From contig NHDL02000001.1 of NCBI GenBank assembly GCA_002167555.2, positions 131,392 to 195,391 on the forward strand: a stretch of 64,000 nucleotides of DNA, in the 5' to 3' direction. Made by a program: the position numbers and the translations under genes. Each line of letters begins with the position of its first letter. Position 1 is the first letter of the stretch. Shown one piece after another: positions 53,007 through 61,875 of this stretch. The notes under the pieces were generated by a model that ran no database searches, was not told the DNA's origin, and worked only from the letters and a program-made list of their open reading frames with translations. This DNA is from Deltaproteobacteria bacterium TMED58 (lineage in GTDB: Bacteria > Desulfobacterota_D > UBA1144).

Positions 53007-53579
53007 GTGAATTTTATGAAGATAAATGAAATACCTTTTTTTAGAGACAATGGATGGATATTTATGCCAATAGCTTACTTAGCATTAATTGCTTTAGTAA
53101 TTCTAATTTATTTCAATATCAATTCATCTCATCATAACTCATCTTACAACGTAGGTTCAGTAGATGATATTACAATTAATGAAATAGTGACTGAGAAAAA
53201 AGCTATATATAAATTTTCCGAAACAACTTCTAGAGAATACCTGCAAGTTTCAAATGTAGTTAATACAAAAAATATTGATTTGTTAATTCGTGAAACTAAT
53301 CTTCAAGATTTAAAAAATCCCTTTTCTTTTTATCTAATTAATTCTGAAGGGTCTGTTCGAAGTGTTGGATATTTTGGGTATAACGAAGATGACTGTAATA
53401 AGCTAAAAGCTATTTCAATAAGTAAATTGGGCACTCATTCAATATCAAAAGTTGATAATGGAATTAGTGAAACTTTAACTTGGAAGTCAGATGATTTTAA
53501 TTATGTTTTTTTAAATAAATATTTGTCCGATGGAATTCAGCTTGGAAATTTTTGCTCATATATAGCCTTTAATAAATAA
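53007..53579 (+). CDS. hypothetical membrane-anchored protein
   Basis: 190-aa ORF (GTG 53007, or ATG 53016). One N-terminal TM segment. No family recognised. Confidence 0.4.
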   Translation: MNFMKINEIPFFRDNGWIFMPIAYLALIALVILIYFNINSSHHNSSYNVGSVDDITINEIVTEKKAIYKFSETTSREYLQVSNVVNTKNIDLLIRETNLQDLKNPFSFYLINSEGSVRSVGYFGYNEDDCNKLKAISISKLGTHSISKVDNGISETLTWKSDDFNYVFLNKYLSDGIQLGNFCSYIAFNK

Positions 53580-53583
53580 ATCT

Positions 53584-54336
53584 ATGGGTAATTCTTTAGA
53601 GTATCGCACATTTGAATCCCTACAAAATTCCTATGATTATCAAGATAATTCAGCTTTTTTCCCCCCAGCTCTTGATAATGAAAATTGTTTTTCGAGACAC
53701 CTTTTAGTTAATAAATTTTTAAATACCAAAGAACCAAAGTTTCTCTTTTGGTCAATCGAAGCTGATTCAAACGTGATAATGGATCCCTTTTGTGTTGAAA
53801 CTGTAAATTATTGGAAGAGCATGCTGATAGATTCAATTGATGAGAGTAAAAGAGAGATTATTGAAACCTTGTTAAAGAATATAGGTTTAGGGCTTAGTAG
53901 GCAGAGAAAACTCACAGACTCATACCACTATGATTCAGGTTTTGTAAATAATTTTGATGGTGAGAATTCCTATATATCTTTCGAAGTTCATCCACCAAGA
54001 AGATGCTTTAGACTGGTAGAAAATTTCGAGAAAATAGTAAATAAAATAAATCAAATAAAGATTTTGGGACTTGATTTAAAATTAGAACTAGAGGCTAAGT
54101 ATAAAGTAAAAGATTTGAACGTAAATTTTTCGGAACCTAGCAATATAGCTGCCCAAGTTATGTCAATAAATCATAATGATTTAAAAAAGAATATTAACGA
54201 TAAGACCAACCTTTTTTTAACCCCTTATATTGCTGAAGAAATTTATAAAGACGCTAAACAGTTTACTTTGGGGTTAGAGTACATAGTAGATACTTTTCAG
54301 GTGGTAGATTATTGGAGCCCAGATAAAAAGAGGTAG
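53584..54336 (+). CDS. hypothetical protein
   Basis: 250-aa ORF, soluble, no recognisable motifs. Confidence 0.45.
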   Translation: MGNSLEYRTFESLQNSYDYQDNSAFFPPALDNENCFSRHLLVNKFLNTKEPKFLFWSIEADSNVIMDPFCVETVNYWKSMLIDSIDESKREIIETLLKNIGLGLSRQRKLTDSYHYDSGFVNNFDGENSYISFEVHPPRRCFRLVENFEKIVNKINQIKILGLDLKLELEAKYKVKDLNVNFSEPSNIAAQVMSINHNDLKKNINDKTNLFLTPYIAEEIYKDAKQFTLGLEYIVDTFQVVDYWSPDKKR

Positions 54337-54878
54337 AAAAATTTTTTAAATTTATCTACACCTGAATAAATAGCAATATTTGCAATAAACATTACTAATT
54401 TGCCGAATACAGTTATTCTAGAAAAATAAGTAGAAATAAATATAAACTGACAAATCCACATCCAAACAGTAATTACAAGAAATGCACCAAGTTTCATTTG
54501 ATCGTAGTAGTTGATATTGCAATCAGTTGTAAGCGATAAAATAATAAGGATAATCGAGCCAAAAATTACTGGAGAAAGAGTATAGCTATATCCTTTTAGT
54601 ATTGCGCTAAATGAAAGTTGCAATGGTGCCCCTCCGAATAGTCGACCTAGAAAAACTAGAAAAAAACAACTTAAAACTATTTCACTGAAATAAAATATAA
54701 AACTAAAATTCGATAATGCATATTTATTATCAAATACATAATATGCAACATCATCCAATAGTGTAGCTAATATTATAATTGTAAAAGCTCGGGTAGTAGC
54801 AATATAGTTTTTATTGAGCGAAGCAGCCATGTATATCTTGTTGCTAAAGAATAGGGATGCTAATAAATTCAAAATCAT
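54309..54878 (-). CDS. hypothetical polytopic membrane protein (about 5 TM; Yip1-like topology is only a guess)
   Basis: 189-aa hydrophobic ORF. Its 3' end overlaps the convergent 53584..54336 ORF by 28 nt. Confidence 0.45.
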   Translation of the reverse strand: MILNLLASLFFSNKIYMAASLNKNYIATTRAFTIIILATLLDDVAYYVFDNKYALSNFSFIFYFSEIVLSCFFLVFLGRLFGGAPLQLSFSAILKGYSYTLSPVIFGSIILIILSLTTDCNINYYDQMKLGAFLVITVWMWICQFIFISTYFSRITVFGKLVMFIANIAIYSGVDKFKKFFYLFLSGLQ

Positions 54879-54974
54879 GGCAAATTAAAAAAGTAATTGA
54901 AATTTTCTATTATAAATAGTATATATTAAACCACTATACCTATTCTATAGTTAATTTCTTATTGGAGACTGAAA

Positions 54975-55943
54975 TTGGGCGGAAATGATAATAAAAAACC
55001 ATTAAAAAAGAAAATTATTGAAATTTTAGGCTACCTTGTGAGCATTATAGCCCTATATTTTGTTTATAAATATGTAGTTAATATTGATTTAGAGGCTGCT
55101 AAACAAAAATTAAGCCTTTCTTGGATACCCTTACTTCTTTTATTTATTGTAATTTATATAGTTTTAATGGGATTTCTAGCAACTGGATGGAGATATATGC
55201 TAGAGCTTCTTCATGGATCAGACTTACCTAAGTGGAGAATAATAGGGATATATACCAAAACACAGATTTATAAATACATACCATCAAATTTAATGCATGT
55301 TATAGCAAGAATCTATTTTGCAACTAAGCTAGGACCATCAAAAGCAAATGTGGTCCAAAGCTACTTTTTAGAGATTGTTTTTATGGTCTTGATAGGATTA
55401 ATAATAGTCCTAACTTCGGTCTATACTGGATCCTTTACTCTTTCCGAGGAACTAATTGGTAAAATAAGAGATTTCTCTGGTGGCAAGGTAAAAGGGTTTT
55501 CGTTTGGCATTTTAATTTTCGGTGCGTTAGCAATAACCTTTTATCTCTTTAAAGCATTGAAAAATTATAAATCTTCTTTTTCATCGGAAAATTTAATGAG
55601 GCTTCTTAAGCTATTTGTTCTTTTATTAGGTTTCTTTATTGGAATGGGTTCTGTTGAGTATTTTGTTTTCTCTAGTTTACTAGGTATGGATATTGGATTC
55701 TTTTATGTAGTCTCCCTTTTTACTATTACTTGGCTTGGAATGTTTATAATTCCTGGTGCTCCTGGTGGCATAGGGATTAGAGAATTTATTGTAATTGCGC
55801 TACTTTCCCCTATATATGGACCAGATGATCCTACAATTGGAATATTAATTTTTAGAGTTGTAACAGTGCTTGGAGATGCTATTTTACTGCCTATTGGGAC
55901 CATTTTCGTCCCTGAGGAGGTATCCGAAGCAAAAGAAATTTAA
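54975..55943 (+). CDS. UPF0104 / lysylphosphatidylglycerol-synthase-TM-region-like (flippase-like) membrane protein
   Basis: 322 aa polytopic. Characteristic PGAPGGIGIRE motif near the C-terminus. TTG start after GGAG. Confidence 0.7.
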   Translation: MGGNDNKKPLKKKIIEILGYLVSIIALYFVYKYVVNIDLEAAKQKLSLSWIPLLLLFIVIYIVLMGFLATGWRYMLELLHGSDLPKWRIIGIYTKTQIYKYIPSNLMHVIARIYFATKLGPSKANVVQSYFLEIVFMVLIGLIIVLTSVYTGSFTLSEELIGKIRDFSGGKVKGFSFGILIFGALAITFYLFKALKNYKSSFSSENLMRLLKLFVLLLGFFIGMGSVEYFVFSSLLGMDIGFFYVVSLFTITWLGMFIIPGAPGGIGIREFIVIALLSPIYGPDDPTIGILIFRVVTVLGDAILLPIGTIFVPEEVSEAKEI

Positions 55944-55950
55944 AAACATA

Positions 55951-55979
55951 TTGACAAAATTACTATTTTTATGTACTTT
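55951..55979 (+). promoter_or_regulatory. candidate promoter: perfect -35 TTGACA (55951-55956), 17-nt spacer, -10-like TACTTT (55974-55979)
   Basis: Read directly, 8 nt after the stop of the upstream gene. It would start transcription at about 55986-55990, just before the structured element. Confidence 0.3.
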
Positions 55980-55989
55980 ATAAACATCA

Positions 55990-56064
55990 GGTTGAGTTAG
56001 AGACAAAATTGTTTGTCTCACGTAGAAAGCTAAGAGATTAGCACTAAAACTCAACTTTTTTTTT
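55990..56064 (+). ncRNA. candidate ~75-nt structured small RNA / complex intrinsic terminator (three-way junction closed by an 8-bp stem and followed by U9)
   Basis: GTTGAGTT (55991-55998) pairs with AACTCAAC (56048-56055), followed by T9 (56056-56064). Inner hairpins are GAGACAAA-ATTG-TTTGTCTC (56000-56019) and GCTA-AGAGAT-TAGC (56029-56042). No known RNA family recognised. Confidence 0.3.
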
Positions 56065-56074
56065 CGCCTTTTTT

Positions 56075-56695
56075 CTAGTCACCATGCAATCCACACTCTC
56101 TTTTTTCTTCCACCTTAGTGGGGTCAAAATAATCATACTCATTCTCTAGTGAGTATTCTTTTAAGTAATTATCTAAATCCTTGTCTGACGAGTAGTAAAA
56201 GGGACATGCTTTTATCAAACCACTCTTGGTTTGACTAATAACATCGATAGTGTCTCTAAAGTTTGTTTGACCTTTCCTTAAGTTTGTTATCCAAAGATTA
56301 GGGCTTAATTCTTCCATCGCCCTTCGGAAGGGCTCGAGTTTAACTTGTTCTGTAAACTCTTTATGAATTGGATCATTAATACTTGGAATTCCACCCATAA
56401 TAATATCTCTAAATTCTTTTGTAAGCTTGGGGGCATATATATGAATATTAAGGTTAAATCTCTTTATAATCTTTTCCGCATATGTATAAGTAGCCTTGGT
56501 GTTGTAACCTGTGTCGCACCAAACTACTTTAATCTCAGGCATTACCGTGGAGCATAAATGAAGTATTGTGCATTCATAGGGTCTAAAGTTAGTAGTTAAA
56601 ATAGGATTTTCATATTGATTTAGGGCCCACCTGACTATCTCATCTGGTCTTTTATTTTTTAACTTATTATTGAGATCAATAATATTTTCATTCAT
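56075..56695 (-). CDS. cysH: phosphoadenosine phosphosulfate (PAPS)/APS reductase, thioredoxin-dependent type without Fe-S cysteine cluster
   Basis: 206 aa. PAPS_reduct fold. C-terminal ECGLH motif. No CC...CxxC motif. Last gene of the cys operon. Confidence 0.85.
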   Translation of the reverse strand: MNENIIDLNNKLKNKRPDEIVRWALNQYENPILTTNFRPYECTILHLCSTVMPEIKVVWCDTGYNTKATYTYAEKIIKRFNLNIHIYAPKLTKEFRDIIMGGIPSINDPIHKEFTEQVKLEPFRRAMEELSPNLWITNLRKGQTNFRDTIDVISQTKSGLIKACPFYYSSDKDLDNYLKEYSLENEYDYFDPTKVEEKRECGLHGD

Positions 56696-57675
56696 TTTGA
56701 TACCTCAATTAGAATATTGGTTATTAGAAAAGCTATAACGATGCATGCGATTGGAGCTAGAACCCAAAAAGATACTATTTGGAAAACACTTTTCTTTTTA
56801 AAGGTTTCTCTAAAACCAGAAGTTGAACAAGAAAAACCTATTATTCCCGAAGTTATTATTTCTGCCATAGATATAGGTATCCCGTAGAGAGATGCTATTG
56901 CAAGAAAAGCTCCACCAGTAAAGTTTACAGATATTGCTCTTATAACAGAGAGTGATGTTATATTGGTTGCAATATTTTCAATAATCCTTCCACCAAAGAT
57001 TAACGCTCCAAATGCCATAAAAAAACCTGAAATAAGTGCGGCATCATTTGCAGTAATTAGGTTAAGTCCCACAATTGGCGCTGCAGCATTAGCAGCGTTA
57101 TTCGCACCTGCAAAAAGAGCTAGAAAGCATGCGGAGGAAATCAATAGGAATTTTAAAGTAGAGCTAATTTTTTGTGTTCTTCTTCCATCTAGACTAATTA
57201 ACTTATCAATTAATTCAAAATAAATGTATTTACCTATTAGATAATTTAGTAACCAAATGGCGATAGGTGTAGCTATCCACCAAGCCACAATTTCAATCAT
57301 TTTTTCTATATTTAGGGTATTGAATCCTAGTCCTATACCAAATATTGTGCAAACAACTATATGAGTTGTAGCTATTGGGATTTTAAATTTATTCGCCGCT
57401 AAGATTGATAAAATTGGAATTATCAAAATCAAATAAATGAAATAGTAATTTAATTTTATAAATTCTATGCTTAATAATCCTCTTCCAACTGTTGCAACAA
57501 CATCTTCGCCAAATAGTGAGGCTCCCATGAAAACAAATATAAAAGCTAAAGAAACGGTTCCAAGTTTTGACATTATTTTAGCGCCAAACACCGTAGACAT
57601 TGAAGAGGCTGCATTATTTGCTCCAACATTGAAGGCTAGTACCAAGCTCAATATTGAGATTATGAAAACTTCCAT
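56692..57675 (-). CDS. PiT (PHO4) family anion permease, probable sulfate permease by operon context (CysP-like)
   Basis: 327 aa polytopic. Duplicated GANNAA signature (NVGANNAASSM and FAGANNAANAAAP). Embedded between cysN and cysH with 1- and 4-nt overlaps. Confidence 0.75.
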   Translation of the reverse strand: MEVFIISILSLVLAFNVGANNAASSMSTVFGAKIMSKLGTVSLAFIFVFMGASLFGEDVVATVGRGLLSIEFIKLNYYFIYLILIIPILSILAANKFKIPIATTHIVVCTIFGIGLGFNTLNIEKMIEIVAWWIATPIAIWLLNYLIGKYIYFELIDKLISLDGRRTQKISSTLKFLLISSACFLALFAGANNAANAAAPIVGLNLITANDAALISGFFMAFGALIFGGRIIENIATNITSLSVIRAISVNFTGGAFLAIASLYGIPISMAEIITSGIIGFSCSTSGFRETFKKKSVFQIVSFWVLAPIACIVIAFLITNILIEVSK

Positions 57676-58976
57676 TAATTAATGATTCCTGCAGCAACTG
57701 TATTATTTGAATCAGTATCAATAATTATGAATGAGCCTAATACTTTGTTAGATTCATAAGTATCAAAAACAATATCATTTTGAACTTTTATTATCACATT
57801 ACCAATATCGTTCATTTTAATTGAATCCTCTGACTGTATTTTTTCAAGCGATTCAATATTAATTTTATCCACAACTTCTTTAATTAAGATTTTTGAAATT
57901 TTATTACTATGTTTTATAAGATATTTTTTGTTAGGGTCAAGTTCTTCGTCGCTCATCCAGCATATTTGAGCCGAAATTGTACTATCTATCCTAGGGTTAT
58001 AATTTAATGATGTAACCGTATCTCCTCTTGAGATTTGAAGCTCATCTTTTATCAATAATGTTCCTGATTGATTTTTGGTTATTTTATTTGTATTTGAGCC
58101 TGATACTATAATATTTTTTATTTCAGATTCTTTCTTACCTGGAAGAATACGAATTTTATCTCCAATTTTAAATTCTCCAGAAGCTGTCATTCCCATGTAA
58201 CCACGAAAATCATTAATTTCGTCATTATCAACTCTAGATACCAATTGAACAGGGAATGATGAATGACTTGATTCATCATTAGAATGTACAACAGTGTTTT
58301 CTAGCATACTTAATAATGTTTCCCCTTTATACCAAGGTAAATTATCCCTTCTTTTGACAATCATATCTCCATGGAGCGCAGAAATTGGAATAAATTTTAT
58401 GGATTTTATAGATAATTTTTTTGCAATTTGATTAAATTCATTTTTGATTGAAAAAAATTTTTTTTCACTATATTCAATAAGATCCATTTTATTTACAGCA
58501 ACAATTATATCTTTGATACCCAGCAAATAGCTTATATATAAATGCCTTCTAGATTGTTCTAATACACCTTTTCTAGAATCAATTAATATTATAGCTAGAT
58601 TTGAATTGCTAGCACCAGTGAACATATTTCTAGTGTATTCTTCATGTCCAGGAGTATCGGCTATTATGAATTTTCTTTTTGTAGTAGAGAAGTATCTGTA
58701 AGCTACATCAATCGTAATCCCTTGCTCTCTTTCATCTTTTAAACCATCGGTTAGATGAGCAAGATCAATATTTTTTTGATTTTTCAATTTCGAGTCATTT
58801 TCTAATGCTTCAAGTTGATCTGAAAATATTCCTTTCGAATCATAAAGTAACCTACCTATTAAAGTTGATTTTCCATCATCTACACTTCCAGCTGTAGCAA
58901 ATCTAAGTATTCCAATTGAATCTTTCAATTTAAAAATAACCTTCCTTTTTTTTATCTTCCATAGAATTTGAACCAT
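57675..58976 (-). CDS. cysN: sulfate adenylyltransferase subunit 1 (GTPase); no fused APS kinase domain
   Basis: 433 aa. GSVDDGKSTLIGRLL, DTPGHEEY and NKMD GTPase motifs. An alternative TTG start at 58928, just after the cysD stop, would remove the 47-nt overlap. Confidence 0.9.
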   Translation of the reverse strand: MVQILWKIKKRKVIFKLKDSIGILRFATAGSVDDGKSTLIGRLLYDSKGIFSDQLEALENDSKLKNQKNIDLAHLTDGLKDEREQGITIDVAYRYFSTTKRKFIIADTPGHEEYTRNMFTGASNSNLAIILIDSRKGVLEQSRRHLYISYLLGIKDIIVAVNKMDLIEYSEKKFFSIKNEFNQIAKKLSIKSIKFIPISALHGDMIVKRRDNLPWYKGETLLSMLENTVVHSNDESSHSSFPVQLVSRVDNDEINDFRGYMGMTASGEFKIGDKIRILPGKKESEIKNIIVSGSNTNKITKNQSGTLLIKDELQISRGDTVTSLNYNPRIDSTISAQICWMSDEELDPNKKYLIKHSNKISKILIKEVVDKINIESLEKIQSEDSIKMNDIGNVIIKVQNDIVFDTYESNKVLGSFIIIDTDSNNTVAAGIIN

Positions 58977-59814
58977 GATCTATAATTCTTGTCTCTCTTT
59001 CACTTCTCTTTGCTCTGATTGTCTCTTCTATTATCATGTCAATATTAGTTGCATTAGACTTTACGGCGCCTGTACATGGCATACAGCCAAGTGTTCTAAA
59101 TCTCGAGTTGACCTCTGTTAAATCAGAATTTTTATTTTCTTCACTAGGTATTAAATTTTTACCTTTTAATACCATCTTTCTTTTTTTTGAGAAATATAAT
59201 GGAGTAATTTTTATTTTTTCATGTTTAATGTAATTCCAAATATCAGATTCTGTCCAACTCGATAAAGGAAAAATTCTTACCGATTCGTTTTCATCTATTT
59301 CTGCATTGAAAATATTCCATAATTCAGGTTTTTGAGACTTAGGATTCCATTGTCCAAAAGAATCTCTAAAAGAAAATACTCTTTCTTTTGCTCTTGATTT
59401 TTCTTCATCCCTTCTGGCTCCACCTATAGCAGCATTGAAATTATACTTACTGAGTGCATTCAATAGAGCCTGAGTTTTTAGAGCACCACAACACTTCGCT
59501 ATTCCGTTTTTTGCTGGATGAAAACCTTTTTTAATAGCTTCTTCATTACGATGAACAATGAGCTTTGCTCCGATTTCTTTAGTAAACGAGTCTCGGAATT
59601 CATACATCTCTCTAAACTTGTACCCCGTATCTACATGTAGAAGAGGAAACGGTATTCTAGATGGATAAAAAGCTTTTCTAGCCAAATGGAGCATAACACT
59701 AGAGTCTTTTCCCACAGAATAAAGCATCACAGGGTTAGTAAATTCAGCTACTACCTCTCTTAATATAAATATTGCCTCACTTTCTAGTTCTTTTAGATAG
59801 GAATTCGTACTCAT
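58930..59814 (-). CDS. cysD: sulfate adenylyltransferase subunit 2
   Basis: 294 aa. LKELESEAIFILREV N-terminus. PP-loop family SVGKDSSV. Conserved CysD core. Confidence 0.95.
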   Translation of the reverse strand: MSTNSYLKELESEAIFILREVVAEFTNPVMLYSVGKDSSVMLHLARKAFYPSRIPFPLLHVDTGYKFREMYEFRDSFTKEIGAKLIVHRNEEAIKKGFHPAKNGIAKCCGALKTQALLNALSKYNFNAAIGGARRDEEKSRAKERVFSFRDSFGQWNPKSQKPELWNIFNAEIDENESVRIFPLSSWTESDIWNYIKHEKIKITPLYFSKKRKMVLKGKNLIPSEENKNSDLTEVNSRFRTLGCMPCTGAVKSNATNIDMIIEETIRAKRSERETRIIDHGSNSMEDKKKEGYF

Positions 59815-61506
59815 TTATATGACCTCTTTCCTTAAAAGTTCAAAATCAGTTCTATTGCAAAAATCTCCAAAAGGCTCTTCCTCTGCATTTTTATTTTTTT
59901 TCCAATAATTAACTAATTTTGAAATTTTATATGCAAGCTCGCTATCATCTACGAGTTCCATGAACAACTTGTTCAATCGAGTTCCGTAAAAATCTCCACC
60001 TAAATATATATTATATTTTTTTGCTGTGGCACCAATTAAACCTACCTCTGATACAGGTGGTCTTGAACAAGAATTAGGGCAACCACTCATTCTAATTTTT
60101 ATTTTTTCGTCCCCTAGTCCCATATGTTCTAGCTCATCTATAAGAGAAGGTAAGAATCTTTCAGCTTCGGCTACGGCTAAACTACACGTAGGAAGTGCAG
60201 GGCATGCCATCGACGCTAACCTCAAATTAGAATATCTTTCATTAGTATCAATATTATGCTCTGCTAACATTTCCTTGATACCCTCAACATTTTGTTTATC
60301 AATATTTACAAGAATTAAGTCCTGAGTAGCTGTTAATCTTGTCTCCACATTGTATTTCTTTATTATTTTTGCCAAGCCTGATTTTAACTTCACAGAACCT
60401 TTGTCTTTAATTCTTCCATTCTCAACAAAGATTCCACAATAAAACTTCCCTGTTTGTTTTTGTTTATGCCAACCGTAGTAATTATCAATTTTCGTTAAAG
60501 ACTTTTTTATGTATTCATTAAGCTTAAATCCAATTCTTAGTTCAAGTTCTGCTCGAAACTTATTTACTCCCCAATTTTCTAGTAAATATTTCATTCTAGC
60601 TTGCTTTCTATCAGTTCTAACTCCATAATCTCTTTGAATACTAATTATTCCTTTGACTACATCAATAACTTGATCTTCTTCACACATACCTAATTCATCT
60701 GCTAACCTTGGAAAAGTTTGTGATTGTCGATGATGGCTTCCCAACCCACCACCAACTAAAATATTAAAGAATTTCTTATCACCATCTATAACAGGGAGTA
60801 TTCCAATATCCTGTGTATAGATATCTATAGAATTATCCAGCTGATGTCCTACTCCTATCTTAAATTTCCTAGGCAAGTATGTTTTTTTATAGAGTGAATC
60901 TTCTTCAATTTTATCCTTATTTATTTTAGTATTTATTTTTTCACCATCTACCCATATTTCATAATATCCTTTAGATTTTGCCAGAGTCTCTTTATCAATC
61001 TCTTTTGCAAGCGATTGTGCATCATAACTAAAATCTTCTCTAATATCCGAAATTGGAGAGGCAACGGTGTTTCGTACAATATCACCACAAGCACCATAAG
61101 AAGTTATTAGATTTTTATTTAAGGTATTAACTAGTTCTTTTAAATTTTTTTTGCCAATTCCATGAAATTGAAAACATTCTCTAGTTGTTATTCTTAATGT
61201 TGGATTTGCCCACTTACTTGTGATTTCATCCATTATTAGCCATTGTTCAGGTGTTATGTTTCCTCCACCTGGGTTTTTTGTTCTAATCATAAAACTATAA
61301 TCCTTTTCTTGCTTGGCCTTCATCAAAGCCTTTCTTTTATCTCTATCATCTTGCTGGTAAATTCCATGGAATTTTAAGACTTGTTGATTATCACCTGTAA
61401 ATTTTATGGACTCAGAATCCATTAGTTCTTCATGAATCGTACCTCTCAATCCATTACTTGATTCTTTAATTCCTTCATTTTTTACTAGCTTTAATTCTTT
61501 TTTCAT
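59815..61506 (-). CDS. cysI: assimilatory sulfite reductase hemoprotein (sirohaem/4Fe-4S; NADPH- or ferredoxin-dependent)
   Basis: Sirohaem-cluster cysteines in MACPALPTC and SGCPNSCSRP. ATG 61506 (MKKELK...) follows GGAGAGG. The tracked ORF begins at TTG 61518. Confidence 0.9.
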   Translation of the reverse strand: MKKELKLVKNEGIKESSNGLRGTIHEELMDSESIKFTGDNQQVLKFHGIYQQDDRDKRKALMKAKQEKDYSFMIRTKNPGGGNITPEQWLIMDEITSKWANPTLRITTRECFQFHGIGKKNLKELVNTLNKNLITSYGACGDIVRNTVASPISDIREDFSYDAQSLAKEIDKETLAKSKGYYEIWVDGEKINTKINKDKIEEDSLYKKTYLPRKFKIGVGHQLDNSIDIYTQDIGILPVIDGDKKFFNILVGGGLGSHHRQSQTFPRLADELGMCEEDQVIDVVKGIISIQRDYGVRTDRKQARMKYLLENWGVNKFRAELELRIGFKLNEYIKKSLTKIDNYYGWHKQKQTGKFYCGIFVENGRIKDKGSVKLKSGLAKIIKKYNVETRLTATQDLILVNIDKQNVEGIKEMLAEHNIDTNERYSNLRLASMACPALPTCSLAVAEAERFLPSLIDELEHMGLGDEKIKIRMSGCPNSCSRPPVSEVGLIGATAKKYNIYLGGDFYGTRLNKLFMELVDDSELAYKISKLVNYWKKNKNAEEEPFGDFCNRTDFELLRKEVI

Positions 61507-61541
61507 ATTCCTCTCCAAATTTTTTTTATTAAAATGCTTTG

Positions 61542-61608
61542 CTAATTTGATATGAATAAAACCATTCCTTAGAAATGAAGTACTTACTTGATTGAAATAT
61601 CAAATTAG
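61542..61608. promoter_or_regulatory. perfect 12-bp inverted repeat CTAATTTGATAT ... ATATCAAATTAG (43-nt spacer) in the cysI leader
   Basis: 61542-61553 is the exact reverse complement of 61597-61608, read directly. It lies 36-102 nt upstream of the cysI ATG. It is either a leader RNA hairpin or a paired operator. Confidence 0.3.
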
Positions 61609-61728
61609 TATTATTTTGTTATTAGTTACAACAACAAGAGCTTGATTGATTAATACAGCATAAATTTTTATCATTTAAGGATAAAAAGGTTTTGAAAATA
61701 AACATAACAAACTCCGCAAATTAATTTG

Positions 61729-61808
61729 TAACTCTAAGAGGAAAGACAAACCAGATGTATGTCTTTGCTCTGTTTAGCAGTTATTTAAGGTCGCTGCAAG
61801 TAGAGTTA
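61729..61808. other. second three-way-junction-like fold in the 360-nt cysI/trhO intergenic region
   Basis: TAACTCTA (61729-61736) pairs with TAGAGTTA (61801-61808). Inner hairpins are AGAG-G-AAAGACA ... TGTCTTT-G-CTCT (61737-61771) and GCAG ... CTGC (61777-61797). Strand of function unknown. Confidence 0.2.
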
Positions 61809-61875
61809 AATGACGACGAATCAATTATAGCACTATTTATTATTGAACATCAAGTTTTTTTAAAAAATATTTAAT

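Noticed and set aside
61597-61674. 24-aa minus-strand uORF (MIKIYAVLINQALVVVTNNKIILI*) in the cysI leader, as a possible attenuation leader peptide
   Set aside because: It has no Cys/Met codon enrichment and no obvious SD. Short ORFs arise easily by chance in AT-rich DNA. I kept only the inverted repeat as an observation.
61755-61862. 35-aa plus-strand ORF upstream of trhO, overlapping the three-way-junction fold
   Set aside because: It has no convincing RBS and an unremarkable composition. I cannot tell coding from structural RNA by eye, so I left it uncalled.
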